A stretch of 64,000 nucleotides of DNA, taken from NCBI GenBank assembly GCA_035506195.1, contig DATJPV010000048.1, positions 2,011 to 66,010 of the forward strand. The letters run 5' to 3'. Shown here one piece after another: positions 27,840-37,803 of this stretch; position 1 is the first letter of the stretch; the number at the start of each line of letters is the position of its first letter. Under the pieces are notes generated by a model. It was not told the DNA's origin. It did no database searches and worked only from the letters and a program-made list of their open reading frames with translations. The translations under genes were made by a program, and so were the position numbers. This DNA comes from Patescibacteria group bacterium. Its GTDB lineage: Bacteria; Omnitrophota; Gorgyraeia; Gygaellales; Profunditerraquicolaceae.

Positions 27840-28172
27840 ATGAAAAAGACCGTTTTCTTTATAGTGGTGTGCCTGGTTCTTTGCGGCAGCCTGTTCGTGC
27901 TCGCCCAGAATAACCAGGAGCAGGCAGCGCCGGATGGCATGGAGTATATCCAGGTAAGTAATGGCTATAAGATCCTTGTCCCCAAGGGCATGAAATTGAT
28001 ACCGGTAGGCTCGTACGAGAGGGTCGAGAAGCTCGATACGTATGTAGCCCGCAGGTTCGAAGAGATGGACAAGCGTTTAAAAGAGATCGAAACCGGCCAG
28101 GCCCAGATGCAGGGAGAGCTTGCGCAGTTAAAGGCGGCGGTAGCCGAGTTGCGCACTAAGATCAAGGAGTAA
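27840..28172 (+). CDS. small secreted coiled-coil protein
   Basis: It has a signal peptide and a C-terminal heptad-like LKEIETGQAQMQGELAQLKAAVAELRTKIKE. Confidence 0.4.
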   Translation: MKKTVFFIVVCLVLCGSLFVLAQNNQEQAAPDGMEYIQVSNGYKILVPKGMKLIPVGSYERVEKLDTYVARRFEEMDKRLKEIETGQAQMQGELAQLKAAVAELRTKIKE

Positions 28173-28193
28173 GCCTTACAAAGGAGGGCAAGA

Positions 28194-28562
28194 ATGAAGG
28201 CTAAAGGCATATTTTTACTCGCGTGCGGCATAGCGGGAGGGGTTTTTGTGTATTTTTTTGATATCATCATGAAAAGGCCTCTTAATTACCTCGGCCCCAA
28301 ATCTATGGTGGCGATGGCGATCTGCGCGATCCTGGCGATCGCCGGGTTTCGCATACTGCAGAAGGGCTCCCAAAGGGCGCACTTGAACAAAAGACAGGTC
28401 ATTATCTCATGGCTGGTAGCGGCTGTCTTCTGTCTCTTGTATGCCTGGGCCGTGTTTGCGATACCTGATCCTCTGGAGGCCTGGTGGTTTATGGTCTCTT
28501 GCACTGCCCCCGCCATGATCGTAGGGGCGCTGCTGCTTTATCTGTTCGGACGCAAGAAGTAA
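28194..28562 (+). CDS. small 4-TM membrane protein
   Basis: Hydrophobic segments are present, and a terminator follows. Confidence 0.4.
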   Translation: MKAKGIFLLACGIAGGVFVYFFDIIMKRPLNYLGPKSMVAMAICAILAIAGFRILQKGSQRAHLNKRQVIISWLVAAVFCLLYAWAVFAIPDPLEAWWFMVSCTAPAMIVGALLLYLFGRKK

Positions 28563-28591
28563 GGCGTTTTAGGGGCAGCCCGCTACACGTA

Positions 28592-28620
28592 AAAACCCGT
28601 CTTTTTTGGCGGGTTTTTAT
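28592..28620 (+). terminator. rho-independent terminator
   Basis: The sequence is aaAACCCGtcttttttggCGGGTTtttat, a GC stem plus T-run, after the 28194 gene. Confidence 0.6.
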
Positions 28621-28648
28621 TTGCCAAAACCGGTATTTTTGATATAAT
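28621..28648 (+). promoter_or_regulatory. sigma70-like promoter for purB (TTGCCA-N16-TATAAT)
   Basis: TTGCCA is at 28621-28626 and TATAAT at 28643-28648. The SD AAGGAGA is at 28661 and the ATG at 28672. Confidence 0.5.
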
Positions 28649-28671
28649 AGATTTTCTTACAAGGAGAACCT

Positions 28672-29964
28672 ATGATCGAACGCTACAGCCTACCCCGCAT
28701 GACCGGCCTCTGGCAGGACGAATTCAAATTCAAGACTATGCTGGACATCGAGATATATGTCCTGGAGGCGCTTGCCAGAAAAAAGAAGGTCCCGGCTCAG
28801 GCAGTGCAAAGGATCCGCAAGAAGGCGCGCTTCAGCGTTGCTGCGATCAGGGCCATAGAAGAGAAGACGCAACATGATGTAGTGGCCTTTGTCAGCAATA
28901 TAGCACAAAATATTGGGGATGACGCCAAGTACCTGCACATCGGCCTTACTTCTTCCGACCTCCTGGATACCACCCTAGGAGTGCAGTTGAAGGAGGCAAC
29001 CGCCATCCTTATCGATGACCTGAAACGGCTGCAGCAGTTGTTGGCGGCAAAGGCGAAAAAATACAAGGATATGGTGTGTATCGGCCGTACGCACGGCATC
29101 CACGCCGAGCCGACTACCTTCGGCTTAAAAATGGCCCTTTGGTTTGATGAAACCGGCCGGTCCCTGGAGCGCCTGCGCCAGGCCGGAGAAGCCGCCGCAG
29201 TGGGTAAGATATCCGGCGCGGTAGGGACGTATTCCAATATCGAGCCGGAAGTCGAAGCCTATGTGTGCAAGAAGCTGGGGCTTAAGCCCGCCGGCATCTC
29301 GACGCAGATCATCCAGCGGGACGTGTATGCCCAGTATCTGGCGGCGCTGGCGATCATCGGCTCAAGCCTGGAGAAATGCGCCACCGAGATAAGGCACCTG
29401 CAAAGGACGGAAGTGTTGGAGGCCGAAGAGCCGTTCGGCAAAGGGCAAAAAGGCTCTTCCGCCATGCCGCATAAACGTAATCCGGTCATCTGCGAGCGCA
29501 TCTGCGGCCTCAGCCGGCTCTTGCGCGGGAATGCCCTGGTGGCCATAGAGAACGTTTCCCTCTGGCACGAGCGCGACATCAGCCACTCTTCCGCCGAAAG
29601 GGTGATCATGCCGGATTCTACGATTACGCTTGATTACATGCTGCACAAGTTTACCGACGTCATCGCGGGCCTGACGGTATATCCGGATAATATGCTGGCC
29701 AATCTCGTCAAGACACAGGGGCTCATTTTTTCGCAGCGGGTCCTTTTGAAGCTTATGTCCAAGGGCCTCAGCCGGACGCGCGCCTACGACATGGTACAGC
29801 GTGCGGCCATGCGCACCTGGAAGGAAAAAATAGATTTTCAGCGGGCACTGCTGGAAGACAAGGAAACATCCGGGTATGTGAGCGCCCGGGAACTGGAAAC
29901 GCTGTTTGACCTGACGTATTATTTGCGCAATATCCATAAGATCTATAAACGCCTGGGTCTTTGA
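28672..29964 (+). CDS. purB: adenylosuccinate lyase
   Basis: It carries the fumarate-lyase signature GSSAMPHKRNPV and HGIHAEPTTFGLK. Confidence 0.9.
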   Translation: MIERYSLPRMTGLWQDEFKFKTMLDIEIYVLEALARKKKVPAQAVQRIRKKARFSVAAIRAIEEKTQHDVVAFVSNIAQNIGDDAKYLHIGLTSSDLLDTTLGVQLKEATAILIDDLKRLQQLLAAKAKKYKDMVCIGRTHGIHAEPTTFGLKMALWFDETGRSLERLRQAGEAAAVGKISGAVGTYSNIEPEVEAYVCKKLGLKPAGISTQIIQRDVYAQYLAALAIIGSSLEKCATEIRHLQRTEVLEAEEPFGKGQKGSSAMPHKRNPVICERICGLSRLLRGNALVAIENVSLWHERDISHSSAERVIMPDSTITLDYMLHKFTDVIAGLTVYPDNMLANLVKTQGLIFSQRVLLKLMSKGLSRTRAYDMVQRAAMRTWKEKIDFQRALLEDKETSGYVSARELETLFDLTYYLRNIHKIYKRLGL

Positions 29965-30019
29965 TAGATCTTGCCTAAAAACGCATTGCGCCTTTCCTGC
30001 CGTTACCTTTGGGGTATCG

Positions 30020-32920
30020 ATGGTCTGGAAGATCGAAATAAAGGATAAACAGGGTATTTTTGATTCCGTCGGAGAGGGGATCAAAAAAGATATCCTGGAC
30101 TTAGGCATCAAAACCGTCCAGGAAGTCCGCTTTGCCCAGGTCTACCTGCTTGAGGGGGACCTTTCCGGCGATCAGCTCAAGAAGATCTGCGAAGAGCTCA
30201 TTACCGACAATATCGTCCAGGAATACGCCGTCAATCCCCGCCTTGAACCTTCCGGCCGCGCCGCAAAGGAACAAGTGGTCGAAGTCGCCTATAACCCCGG
30301 CGTGATGGACCCGGCCGAGGAATCGGTGCGCAAAGGCATCAAAGACCTTGGGATAGAAGGGGCCGTGCGCGTCAGGACTGCCAAGAAATATTTCATCCGC
30401 GGCTCGCTTACCGCCTCGCAGCTGGCGACCATCTCCGAAAAACTGCTTTACAACAAGCTCATCCAGCATATCGTTAAAGACGCCGGGTATGCGCCTTTCG
30501 GCGCTCAACAGCCCGCCTATGTTTTTAAGTTGATCACCGTGGAGCTGCTGAATGCCTCCGCCGCGCAATTGGCCAAGATCAGCCGGCAGGGCCAGCTTTT
30601 TTTGAATGCGGCGGAGATGATGCAGATCAAGGCGCATTTCAGGAAACTCGGCCGTAACCCTACCGATTGCGAATTGGAGACCATCGCCCAGACCTGGTCG
30701 GAACACTGCTGGCACAAGACCTTCAGGGGCAAGATCGACTACCGGGAAAAATTGTTCCGTTCCAAGCCCAGGCGGCTCAAGATCGACAACCTCCTAAAAT
30801 CTACCGTGATGCAGGTGACCCGGCAATTGAACAAGCCCTGGTGCGTGTCGGTTTTCAAGGACAACTCCGGGGTCATCGCGTTCGACGACCGGCACAACGT
30901 ATGCTTCAAAGTAGAAACGCACAATCACCCTTCGGCCCTGGAGCCGTTTGGCGGCGCCAATACCGGCATCGGCGGCGTCATCCGCGACCCGTTGGGCACC
31001 GGCCTGGGCGCCAAGCCCATACTCAACACCGATGTATTCTGTTTCGGCCTTCCGGATTATCCTTTCAGCAAGCTGCCCAAGGGCACGCTGCACCCCAAGA
31101 GGATCATGAAGGGGGTTGTTTCCGGCGTGCGCGATTACGGCAACAAGATGGGCATCCCTACCGTAAACGGCGCCGTCCTGTTCCACGAACGCTTTACCGG
31201 CAATCCCCTGGTGTATTGCGGCACGGTAGGGATCATGCCGAAAGATAAATCCTTTAAACAGGCCCGTACCGGTGACCTGGTCGTGGTGGTAGGAGGCAGG
31301 ACCGGCAGGGACGGGATACACGGCGCGACATTCTCCTCCGGAGAGCTCACTCACGAATCCGAAACTATTTCCAGCGGCGCGGTGCAGATCGGCAACCCCA
31401 TCCAGGAAAAGAAAATGCTGGATACCATCCTGCAGGCGCGCGACCAGAACCTGTACAGCGCCATTACCGACTGCGGCGCCGGGGGGCTGTCCAGCGCGGT
31501 AGGCGAGATGGGCGAAGGCCTGGGCGCGCAGGTCTGCCTGGAAAAAGTCCCCCTTAAATACCAGGGGCTTTCTTATACCGAGATCTGGATCTCGGAATCC
31601 CAGGAGCGCATGGTCCTGGCGGTGCCTGCGCAGAATATCGAGCGGCTGCTGGAGGTCTTTGCCGCGGAGAACGTTGAGGCCACGGTCATCGGCGAATTTA
31701 CTTCCGACAAAAGGCTGAAGCTGTTGTATAACGGCAATCCGGTCTGCGATCTGGATATGCGGTTCTTGCATCACGGCTTGCCCCAGACAGAGAAAAAGGC
31801 GGTTTTCATACAGGCGCATCACCAGGAGCCAAAGGACAGGTCCGCCAAGAACCTGACCCCTGCGCTGTTGCGGTTGCTCTCCCATTACGATATCTGTTCC
31901 AAGGAGTGGATTATCAGGCAATATGACCACGAGGTCCAGGGCGGCTCGGTCCTGAAGCCCCTGGTCGGCTGCGCCAACGACGGCCCCTCCGACGCCAGTA
32001 TCGTCAGGCCGTTGCCGGATTCCGACAAGGGCCTGATCATCGCCAACGGCATCAATTTCCGTTTCGGTTTCATCGACCCCTATTGGATGGCTGCCGGCTG
32101 TATCGACGAGGTGCTTCGGCAGATAATCGCCTCGGGAGGCTCCCTGCAGGAAGTGGCCATACTGGATAACTTCTGCTGGGGCAATCCCGATAAACCCGAC
32201 CGGTTGGGCGGCGTGGTCAGGGCTGCCTACGGCTGTTATGATATTGCCAAGGCCTTTGGCGTTCCGTTCATTTCCGGCAAGGACAGTTTTTATAACGAAT
32301 ATACCGTTAAGCACAACTCGATCGCCATTCCCGGAACGCTATTAATCTCGGGTATGGCGGTGATGGAAGATGTCGGCAAGGCGGTTTCCATGTATGCCAA
32401 GAAAGAAGGGGACCTGGTGTACGTCGTCGGCCAGACCTTCAATGAGCTGGGCGGTTCGCATTATTACGACATCCTCGGTTTCACGGGCAACAGCGTCCCG
32501 CGCGTCGATCCGAAACAGGCCAAGCATACTTTCAATGCCTTAAGCAGGGCCTGCGGCCAGAGGCTGGTCAAGGCCATGCACGATTGTTCGGAGGGCGGGA
32601 TCGCGGTCGCTGCCGCCGAGATGGCCTTTAGCGGCGGCCTGGGCATGGAGCTGTTCATTTCCGAGGTCCCTTATAAAGATAATCAGGCAGGCCGCAATGA
32701 GTGCGTCCTCTTTTCGGAGTCCCATTCCCGCTTCATCGTTTCGATAGACAAGAAGGCCCAGAAGGCATTCGAGGCGATGCTCAAGGGGGTAGCCTTTGGC
32801 CTGGTGGGCTGCGTTTCGCATGATAAAGAATTCAAGGTATACGGCTTGGATGGCAAGCCTTGCATCAAGGCAGGAATCGACGAGCTCAAGCGGCACTGGC
32901 AGGAGACGTTACGTTGGTAG
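30020..32920 (+). CDS. purL: phosphoribosylformylglycinamidine synthase subunit PurL with two N-terminal PurS-like domains (PurS-PurS-PurL fusion)
   Basis: It is 966 aa. The first ~170 aa form two ~80-aa PurS-like units. The remainder is small-PurL (AIR-synthase-related domains; NHPSALEPFGGA..GIGGVIRD). Confidence 0.85.
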   Translation: MVWKIEIKDKQGIFDSVGEGIKKDILDLGIKTVQEVRFAQVYLLEGDLSGDQLKKICEELITDNIVQEYAVNPRLEPSGRAAKEQVVEVAYNPGVMDPAEESVRKGIKDLGIEGAVRVRTAKKYFIRGSLTASQLATISEKLLYNKLIQHIVKDAGYAPFGAQQPAYVFKLITVELLNASAAQLAKISRQGQLFLNAAEMMQIKAHFRKLGRNPTDCELETIAQTWSEHCWHKTFRGKIDYREKLFRSKPRRLKIDNLLKSTVMQVTRQLNKPWCVSVFKDNSGVIAFDDRHNVCFKVETHNHPSALEPFGGANTGIGGVIRDPLGTGLGAKPILNTDVFCFGLPDYPFSKLPKGTLHPKRIMKGVVSGVRDYGNKMGIPTVNGAVLFHERFTGNPLVYCGTVGIMPKDKSFKQARTGDLVVVVGGRTGRDGIHGATFSSGELTHESETISSGAVQIGNPIQEKKMLDTILQARDQNLYSAITDCGAGGLSSAVGEMGEGLGAQVCLEKVPLKYQGLSYTEIWISESQERMVLAVPAQNIERLLEVFAAENVEATVIGEFTSDKRLKLLYNGNPVCDLDMRFLHHGLPQTEKKAVFIQAHHQEPKDRSAKNLTPALLRLLSHYDICSKEWIIRQYDHEVQGGSVLKPLVGCANDGPSDASIVRPLPDSDKGLIIANGINFRFGFIDPYWMAAGCIDEVLRQIIASGGSLQEVAILDNFCWGNPDKPDRLGGVVRAAYGCYDIAKAFGVPFISGKDSFYNEYTVKHNSIAIPGTLLISGMAVMEDVGKAVSMYAKKEGDLVYVVGQTFNELGGSHYYDILGFTGNSVPRVDPKQAKHTFNALSRACGQRLVKAMHDCSEGGIAVAAAEMAFSGGLGMELFISEVPYKDNQAGRNECVLFSESHSRFIVSIDKKAQKAFEAMLKGVAFGLVGCVSHDKEFKVYGLDGKPCIKAGIDELKRHWQETLRW

Positions 32921-32940
32921 CGCTAGCCCGGGGAGGCAGA

Positions 32941-33603
32941 ATGGAAAAAGTTAAAAGAACCATCAGGGACGATTTTACCCAGGAAGATACCTGGCGGATG
33001 TTCCGTATCATGGCGGAGTTTGTCGAGGGGTTTGAGGTCCTTTCCAAGGTGGAAAAGGCGGTTTCCATATTCGGTTCGGCCCGCAGCAAGCCCGACAATA
33101 AATATTATAAACTGACCGAAGAGATCGCCTACCTTTTAGCCAAGGAAGGTTATGCGATCATTACCGGCAGCGGCCCCGGCATCATGGAGGCTGCCAATAA
33201 AGGCGCGCGCCGCGCAAAAGGGCATTCCATCGGGCTTAATATTCAACTGCCCATGGAACAGAAGGCCAACTCGTACGTGGATACGCTGTTGAACTTTCAT
33301 TATTTCTTTGTGCGCAAGGTCATGTTCGTAAAATACGCCAAGGCCTTCGTGATCATCCCCGGAGGCTACGGTACTCTGGATGAGCTCACCGAAGCGCTCA
33401 ACCTTATCCAGACCCACAGGATCCCGTCGTTCCCCGTGGTCCTGTTCGGCAGCGCATACTGGAAAGGGTTCACCGATTGGCTGCGTAGCGAAGTGCTCAG
33501 GGAAAAGAACATCAGCCCCGACGATATGTTCCTTTTCAAGACCACCGATAGCCCCAAAGAAGTGGTCAAGATCATCAACAGATTCTATAATCACAAGCGT
33601 TGA
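32941..33603 (+). CDS. LOG-family/TIGR00730 Rossmann-fold protein (cytokinin riboside 5'-monophosphate phosphoribohydrolase-like)
   Basis: It has the GGYGTLDELTEAL (GGxGTxxE) and PGGYG motifs. The start is set at the ATG at 32941 after the purL stop. The track ORF 32860-33603 is the same frame extended upstream. Confidence 0.8.
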   Translation: MEKVKRTIRDDFTQEDTWRMFRIMAEFVEGFEVLSKVEKAVSIFGSARSKPDNKYYKLTEEIAYLLAKEGYAIITGSGPGIMEAANKGARRAKGHSIGLNIQLPMEQKANSYVDTLLNFHYFFVRKVMFVKYAKAFVIIPGGYGTLDELTEALNLIQTHRIPSFPVVLFGSAYWKGFTDWLRSEVLREKNISPDDMFLFKTTDSPKEVVKIINRFYNHKR

Positions 33604-33607
33604 AGCG

Positions 33608-34390
33608 ATGAAGAAAGTCAAAGTCTGCGTATTGCGCACCGCCGGCACGAACTGCGATCAGGAAACAGCCGCCGCCTTCAAGAAGGCCGACTCAGACCCG
33701 GAGCTGGTGCATGTGAATAGCCTGGTAAGCGGCCAAAAAGACCTGGCGGCCTATCATATCCTGGCAATACCCGGAGGCTTCAGCTACGGCGACGATATCG
33801 CCTCGGGAAAGGTATTTGCCAACGAATTACGCTGTAAGCTGTTCGACCAGATAAAAAAGTTCGTCCAGGAAGGCAAGGCCATCATCGGCATCTGTAACGG
33901 ATTTCAGGTATTGGTCAAAAGCGGGCTCCTGCCGGGCAACCCCGAACTCAAACAGGAGGCCAGCCTCATCATCAATGATTCCGGCAAGTTCGAAGACCGC
34001 TGGGCGTATCTGAAGGCAAGCCAGTCCCGGTGCGTCTGGAGCAAGGGGCTGCCCGAAGTCATCTACCTCCCGGTAGCTCACGGAGAGGGCAAATTTGTCG
34101 CAAAGGATAAGAAGACCCTGGAGAAGCTCAAACAGAACGGCCAGGTGGTCTTACGGTATTGTACGCCCAAAGGAGAGCCGGACGGCTACTCTTGGAATCC
34201 CAACGGCTCAGTCGACAACATCGCCGGCATCTGCGATGAGTCCGGAAGGATCCTCGGGCTTATGCCGCACCCGGAAAGGCACGTCGATATTACGCATCAC
34301 CCCCGCTGGACCGGCCAGAAAACAGGCAAAGACGGCGACGGCATTCTTATTATCAGAAACGGAGTGGAATATGCACGAAGAAACCTGTAA
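33608..34390 (+). CDS. purQ: phosphoribosylformylglycinamidine synthase I (glutamine amidotransferase subunit)
   Basis: MKKVKVCVLRTAGTNCDQE, and the catalytic Cys is in IIGICNGFQVL (class I GATase). Confidence 0.85.
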   Translation: MKKVKVCVLRTAGTNCDQETAAAFKKADSDPELVHVNSLVSGQKDLAAYHILAIPGGFSYGDDIASGKVFANELRCKLFDQIKKFVQEGKAIIGICNGFQVLVKSGLLPGNPELKQEASLIINDSGKFEDRWAYLKASQSRCVWSKGLPEVIYLPVAHGEGKFVAKDKKTLEKLKQNGQVVLRYCTPKGEPDGYSWNPNGSVDNIAGICDESGRILGLMPHPERHVDITHHPRWTGQKTGKDGDGILIIRNGVEYARRNL

Positions 34391-35819
34391 CGACCACCCG
34401 AAAGAGTACTGCGGCTTGTTTGGGATATACGGCCATGCGCAGGCCAGCTGGCTTACCTATTTGGGGCTGTACGCCCAGCAGCACCGGGGGCAGGAAGCCT
34501 GCGGTATCACCGTCAATGAAGACGGCACGTTGTATATTTATAAAGGGATGGGTCTGGTCAGCGACGTATTCACCGGCCAGGTGCTGAATAAGCTCAAAGG
34601 CCATGCGGCGGTCGGGCACGTCCGTTACTCGACGACCGGCTCAAGCGTCCTGAAGAACGCCCAGCCCCTGCTTATCGATTACGCCAAGGGTTCGATATGC
34701 ATCGCCCATAACGGCAACCTGGTAAACTCTTTGGAGCTGCGCCAGTACCTGGAACAGACCGGCTCGATCTTCCAGACTACCACGGATTCCGAACTGATTA
34801 TCCATCTGATGGCCAGGGCCAAGACGCAGAGCCTGGAGGACAGCCTCGTGTACGCGCTCAAAAGGATCAAGGGCGCCTATTCGCTGGTGATGATGGATAC
34901 CAAAAGCCTTATCGGCGTACGCGACCCCTTCGGGTTCCGTCCGCTGTGCCTGGGCAGGCTGGGCAAGGCCTGGTGCCTGGCCTCGGAGACCTGCGCGTTC
35001 GACCTCATCGGCGCAAAGCTTGTCAGAGAGATCAAACCGGGCGAGATCGTTTTCATCAACAAGGACGGCGTGCGTTCAAGCAGCCTTTTAAACGGCCATG
35101 CAAATCACCGGCGCGCCTTTTGTACCTTTGAGCACGTATACTTTTCCCGCCCCGACTCCGTGGTGTTCGGCGAAACGGTGCATCTGGTCAGGCGCAAGCT
35201 GGGGGAGCAGTTGTCCTGCGAGCACCCGGTAAAGGCCGACTTTGTCGTGCCGGTCCCGGATTCGGGGTTCTCCGCGGCGATGGGGTATTCGCACGCTTCG
35301 GGGATACCTCTGGAGATGGGGATCATCCGTAACCATTACGTCGGCAGGACCTTTATCCAGCCGGCGCAGGATTCCCGGGACCTGGGCGTGCGGGTCAAGT
35401 TCAACCTCCTCAAAGACGTCTTAAAAGGCAAGCGCATCGTTATTGTCGATGATTCCATCGTCCGGGGGACTACCTCCAAGATCCGCGTGCGCAACTTGCG
35501 CGCCGCCGGAGTAAAGCAGGTGCACCTGCGTATATCCTGTCCGCCGCACCGGTTCCCTTGTTTTTACGGGATCGACTTTCACCGTTCTTCGGAGCTGATC
35601 GCCAACAAGTATGCGTGTTTGGATGATATACGCAAATATCTGGAGGTAGACAGCCTCGGGTACCTGAGCCTGGAGGGGATGCTGCGTTGCCTCAGGCACG
35701 ACAAGAACAGCTACTGCGCCGCCTGCTGGACAGGCAGATACCCGATCAGGGCGGAGAAAAAGCACGGCAAGTTCTCCCTGGAAACGCACTGCTGCGGGCA
35801 AGGAGATATCACGGTGTAG
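34371..35819 (+). CDS. purF: amidophosphoribosyltransferase
   Basis: It has an N-terminal propeptide then CGLFGIYGH (the Ntn Cys), a PRTase motif VIVDDSIVRGTT, and a C-terminal Cys cluster. It overlaps the purQ 3' end by 20 nt. Confidence 0.9.
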   Translation: MHEETCNDHPKEYCGLFGIYGHAQASWLTYLGLYAQQHRGQEACGITVNEDGTLYIYKGMGLVSDVFTGQVLNKLKGHAAVGHVRYSTTGSSVLKNAQPLLIDYAKGSICIAHNGNLVNSLELRQYLEQTGSIFQTTTDSELIIHLMARAKTQSLEDSLVYALKRIKGAYSLVMMDTKSLIGVRDPFGFRPLCLGRLGKAWCLASETCAFDLIGAKLVREIKPGEIVFINKDGVRSSSLLNGHANHRRAFCTFEHVYFSRPDSVVFGETVHLVRRKLGEQLSCEHPVKADFVVPVPDSGFSAAMGYSHASGIPLEMGIIRNHYVGRTFIQPAQDSRDLGVRVKFNLLKDVLKGKRIVIVDDSIVRGTTSKIRVRNLRAAGVKQVHLRISCPPHRFPCFYGIDFHRSSELIANKYACLDDIRKYLEVDSLGYLSLEGMLRCLRHDKNSYCAACWTGRYPIRAEKKHGKFSLETHCCGQGDITV

Positions 35820-35916
35820 CGGCTGCTAGCGTTGATCAAGTGCGATACGTATATATGCAGCTGAAGTTGATTTTTACAGGCAGGGGGACATAACGATTTA
35901 GCTTGAGGAGCCAGTT

Positions 35917-36915
35917 ATGAAGAATATGACCTACAAGAAGGCCGGCGTGGATATCGAGAAAGCCAGCCTCTTTAAGAAAAAGATTGCTGCCCTGGTCAAG
36001 ACATCCTGCGGCCCCCTGGTATTGAAAGGGGTCGGCGGTTTCGGCAGCCTCTTTAACTTTCCCGGGCAGGAGTACCGCCATCCGGTGCTGGTGTCTTCTA
36101 CCGACGGGGTCGGGACAAAATTGAAGATCGCCCTCCTTGCCCGCTCGCACGATACCATCGGCATCGACCTGGTTGCCATGAACGTTAATGATATCCTGTG
36201 CATGGGCGCACGGCCCCTGTTCTTCCTTGATTATATCGCTACCGGCAAGCTCGACCCGCAGGTCCTTTTAGACGTGGTCAAGGGGATCAACCGCGGCTGC
36301 CTTCAGGCAGGCTGCGCCCTTATCGGCGGGGAGACCGCCGAGATGCCCGGGATGTACCCGGACGGCGAATACGATGTGGCGGGATTCTGCGTGGGCGTAG
36401 TGGATAGAGAGCGCATCATCGACGGATCCCGGATAAGGCCGGGCAATGTCGTCATCGGCCTGGAGTCAAGCGGCATTCACTCCAACGGCTATGCCCTGGT
36501 GCGCAAGGTCCTTTCCCGGAACGAATTGCTGCGCATGAGCGATGAGCTGCTTAAGCCTACCCGGATATACGTCAAGCCGGTGCTGTCCATTTTGCGCGAA
36601 TATGACGTCAAGGGGATATCCCATATTACCGGAGGAGCCTTCTATGACAAGATCGCAAGGATCCTGCCCGGCGATACGGATGTCCTGATCCGCAAGCACG
36701 CCTGGGCTGTGCCTAAGATATTCCGGCTCATTCAAAACAAGGGCGGCATCGACGAAAAGCAAATGTACCATACGTTCAACATGGGTATCGGGATGGTCTT
36801 GATCGCCGACGCCGGGGATGTCTCCGGCATCAGAAAAAGCCTTTTGGGATCGGGCCTGAAAAGCTGGGTCATCGGGGAGGCGGCCAAGGGCAGCAAGGCA
36901 GTAACGGTCGCCTAA
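35917..36915 (+). CDS. purM: phosphoribosylformylglycinamidine cyclo-ligase (AIR synthetase)
   Basis: MTYKKAGVDIEKA..., an AIRS N/C domain organisation. Confidence 0.9.
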   Translation: MKNMTYKKAGVDIEKASLFKKKIAALVKTSCGPLVLKGVGGFGSLFNFPGQEYRHPVLVSSTDGVGTKLKIALLARSHDTIGIDLVAMNVNDILCMGARPLFFLDYIATGKLDPQVLLDVVKGINRGCLQAGCALIGGETAEMPGMYPDGEYDVAGFCVGVVDRERIIDGSRIRPGNVVIGLESSGIHSNGYALVRKVLSRNELLRMSDELLKPTRIYVKPVLSILREYDVKGISHITGGAFYDKIARILPGDTDVLIRKHAWAVPKIFRLIQNKGGIDEKQMYHTFNMGIGMVLIADAGDVSGIRKSLLGSGLKSWVIGEAAKGSKAVTVA

Positions 36916-36929
36916 AAGAGGAGGGTATC

Positions 36930-37802
36930 ATGGATACGCTGTATGTCGTCATCGTCGCGATAGTCGCAATATTCCTTATGGGGATCAGGATCGTCAGGCC
37001 CACGCACCGGGGGCTCATCGAGAGGCTGGGTAGGTACCACCGCTTTGCCGCGCCGGGTTTCAACTGGATCATCCCCTTTATCGACAAGATGTATCAGATC
37101 AATATCACCGAGCAGATGGTGGATGCCGAGCCGCAGGAGATCATCACCTTTGACAACCTCAATGCCAGGGTCGACGCCCAGGTGTATTTCAAGGTCAAGA
37201 CCGACGAACAGAGCGCCAAAAGCTGCATCTATAACGTCAACAATTATCAGTATCAGATCGTCAATCTTGCCCGGACCACGCTCAGGAACATCATCGGCAC
37301 GCTCACCTTGAAGTCCGCCAACAGCGAGCGCGGCAAGATCAACGATGAACTGCATAATACCCTGATGAACGAGACCTCCAGCTGGGGCATCGAGATCGTC
37401 AGGACCGAATTAAAGGAGATCGATCCTCCCAAGGACGTCCAGGAGACCATGAACAAGGTCGTCAAGGCCGAGAACGAAAAGATCGCGGCGGTCGATTTCG
37501 CAACCGCCACCGAGACGGCGGCGGACGGCCAGAAGCGGGCGGAGATCAAGAAGGCCGAAGGCATCAAGCAAGCCAGGATCCTGCAGGCGGAAGGAGAGGC
37601 CGAGGCGATCCGGCTGGTCAACGAGGCCGCGGAAAGATACTTCGTAGGCAATGCCCAGGTCTTAAGGAAGTTGGAAGCCGTAGAGAGGTCTCTTGAACAG
37701 AACGCCAAAGTCGTCATTCCGACCAACAGCGAGCTGGTCAACGTGATCGGCGAGCTTGCGGGCGTGTTGCCCTTGAAAAAAGAGGACAAAGAAAAGAAAT
37801 AA
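36930..37802 (+). CDS. SPFH/band-7 (stomatin/prohibitin-like) membrane protein
   Basis: It has an N-terminal TM, an SPFH core (RGLIERLGRYHRFAAPGFNWIIPFID) and a C-terminal Ala/Glu-rich coiled coil. Confidence 0.8.
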   Translation: MDTLYVVIVAIVAIFLMGIRIVRPTHRGLIERLGRYHRFAAPGFNWIIPFIDKMYQINITEQMVDAEPQEIITFDNLNARVDAQVYFKVKTDEQSAKSCIYNVNNYQYQIVNLARTTLRNIIGTLTLKSANSERGKINDELHNTLMNETSSWGIEIVRTELKEIDPPKDVQETMNKVVKAENEKIAAVDFATATETAADGQKRAEIKKAEGIKQARILQAEGEAEAIRLVNEAAERYFVGNAQVLRKLEAVERSLEQNAKVVIPTNSELVNVIGELAGVLPLKKEDKEKK

Positions 37803-37803
37803 T

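Noticed and set aside
30794-32314. 506-aa minus-strand ORF, and other long antisense ORFs (for example 25760-26347, 26393-26788, 60328-61005, 13869-14666, 14795-15487, 15667-16287)
   Set aside because: Each lies entirely inside a well-supported + strand gene (purL, the TPR protein, clpC, the NPP paralog and others). Their amino-acid compositions are low-complexity and Arg/Gly/Ala-rich, typical of high-GC antisense frames. None has a motif or a ribosome-binding site.
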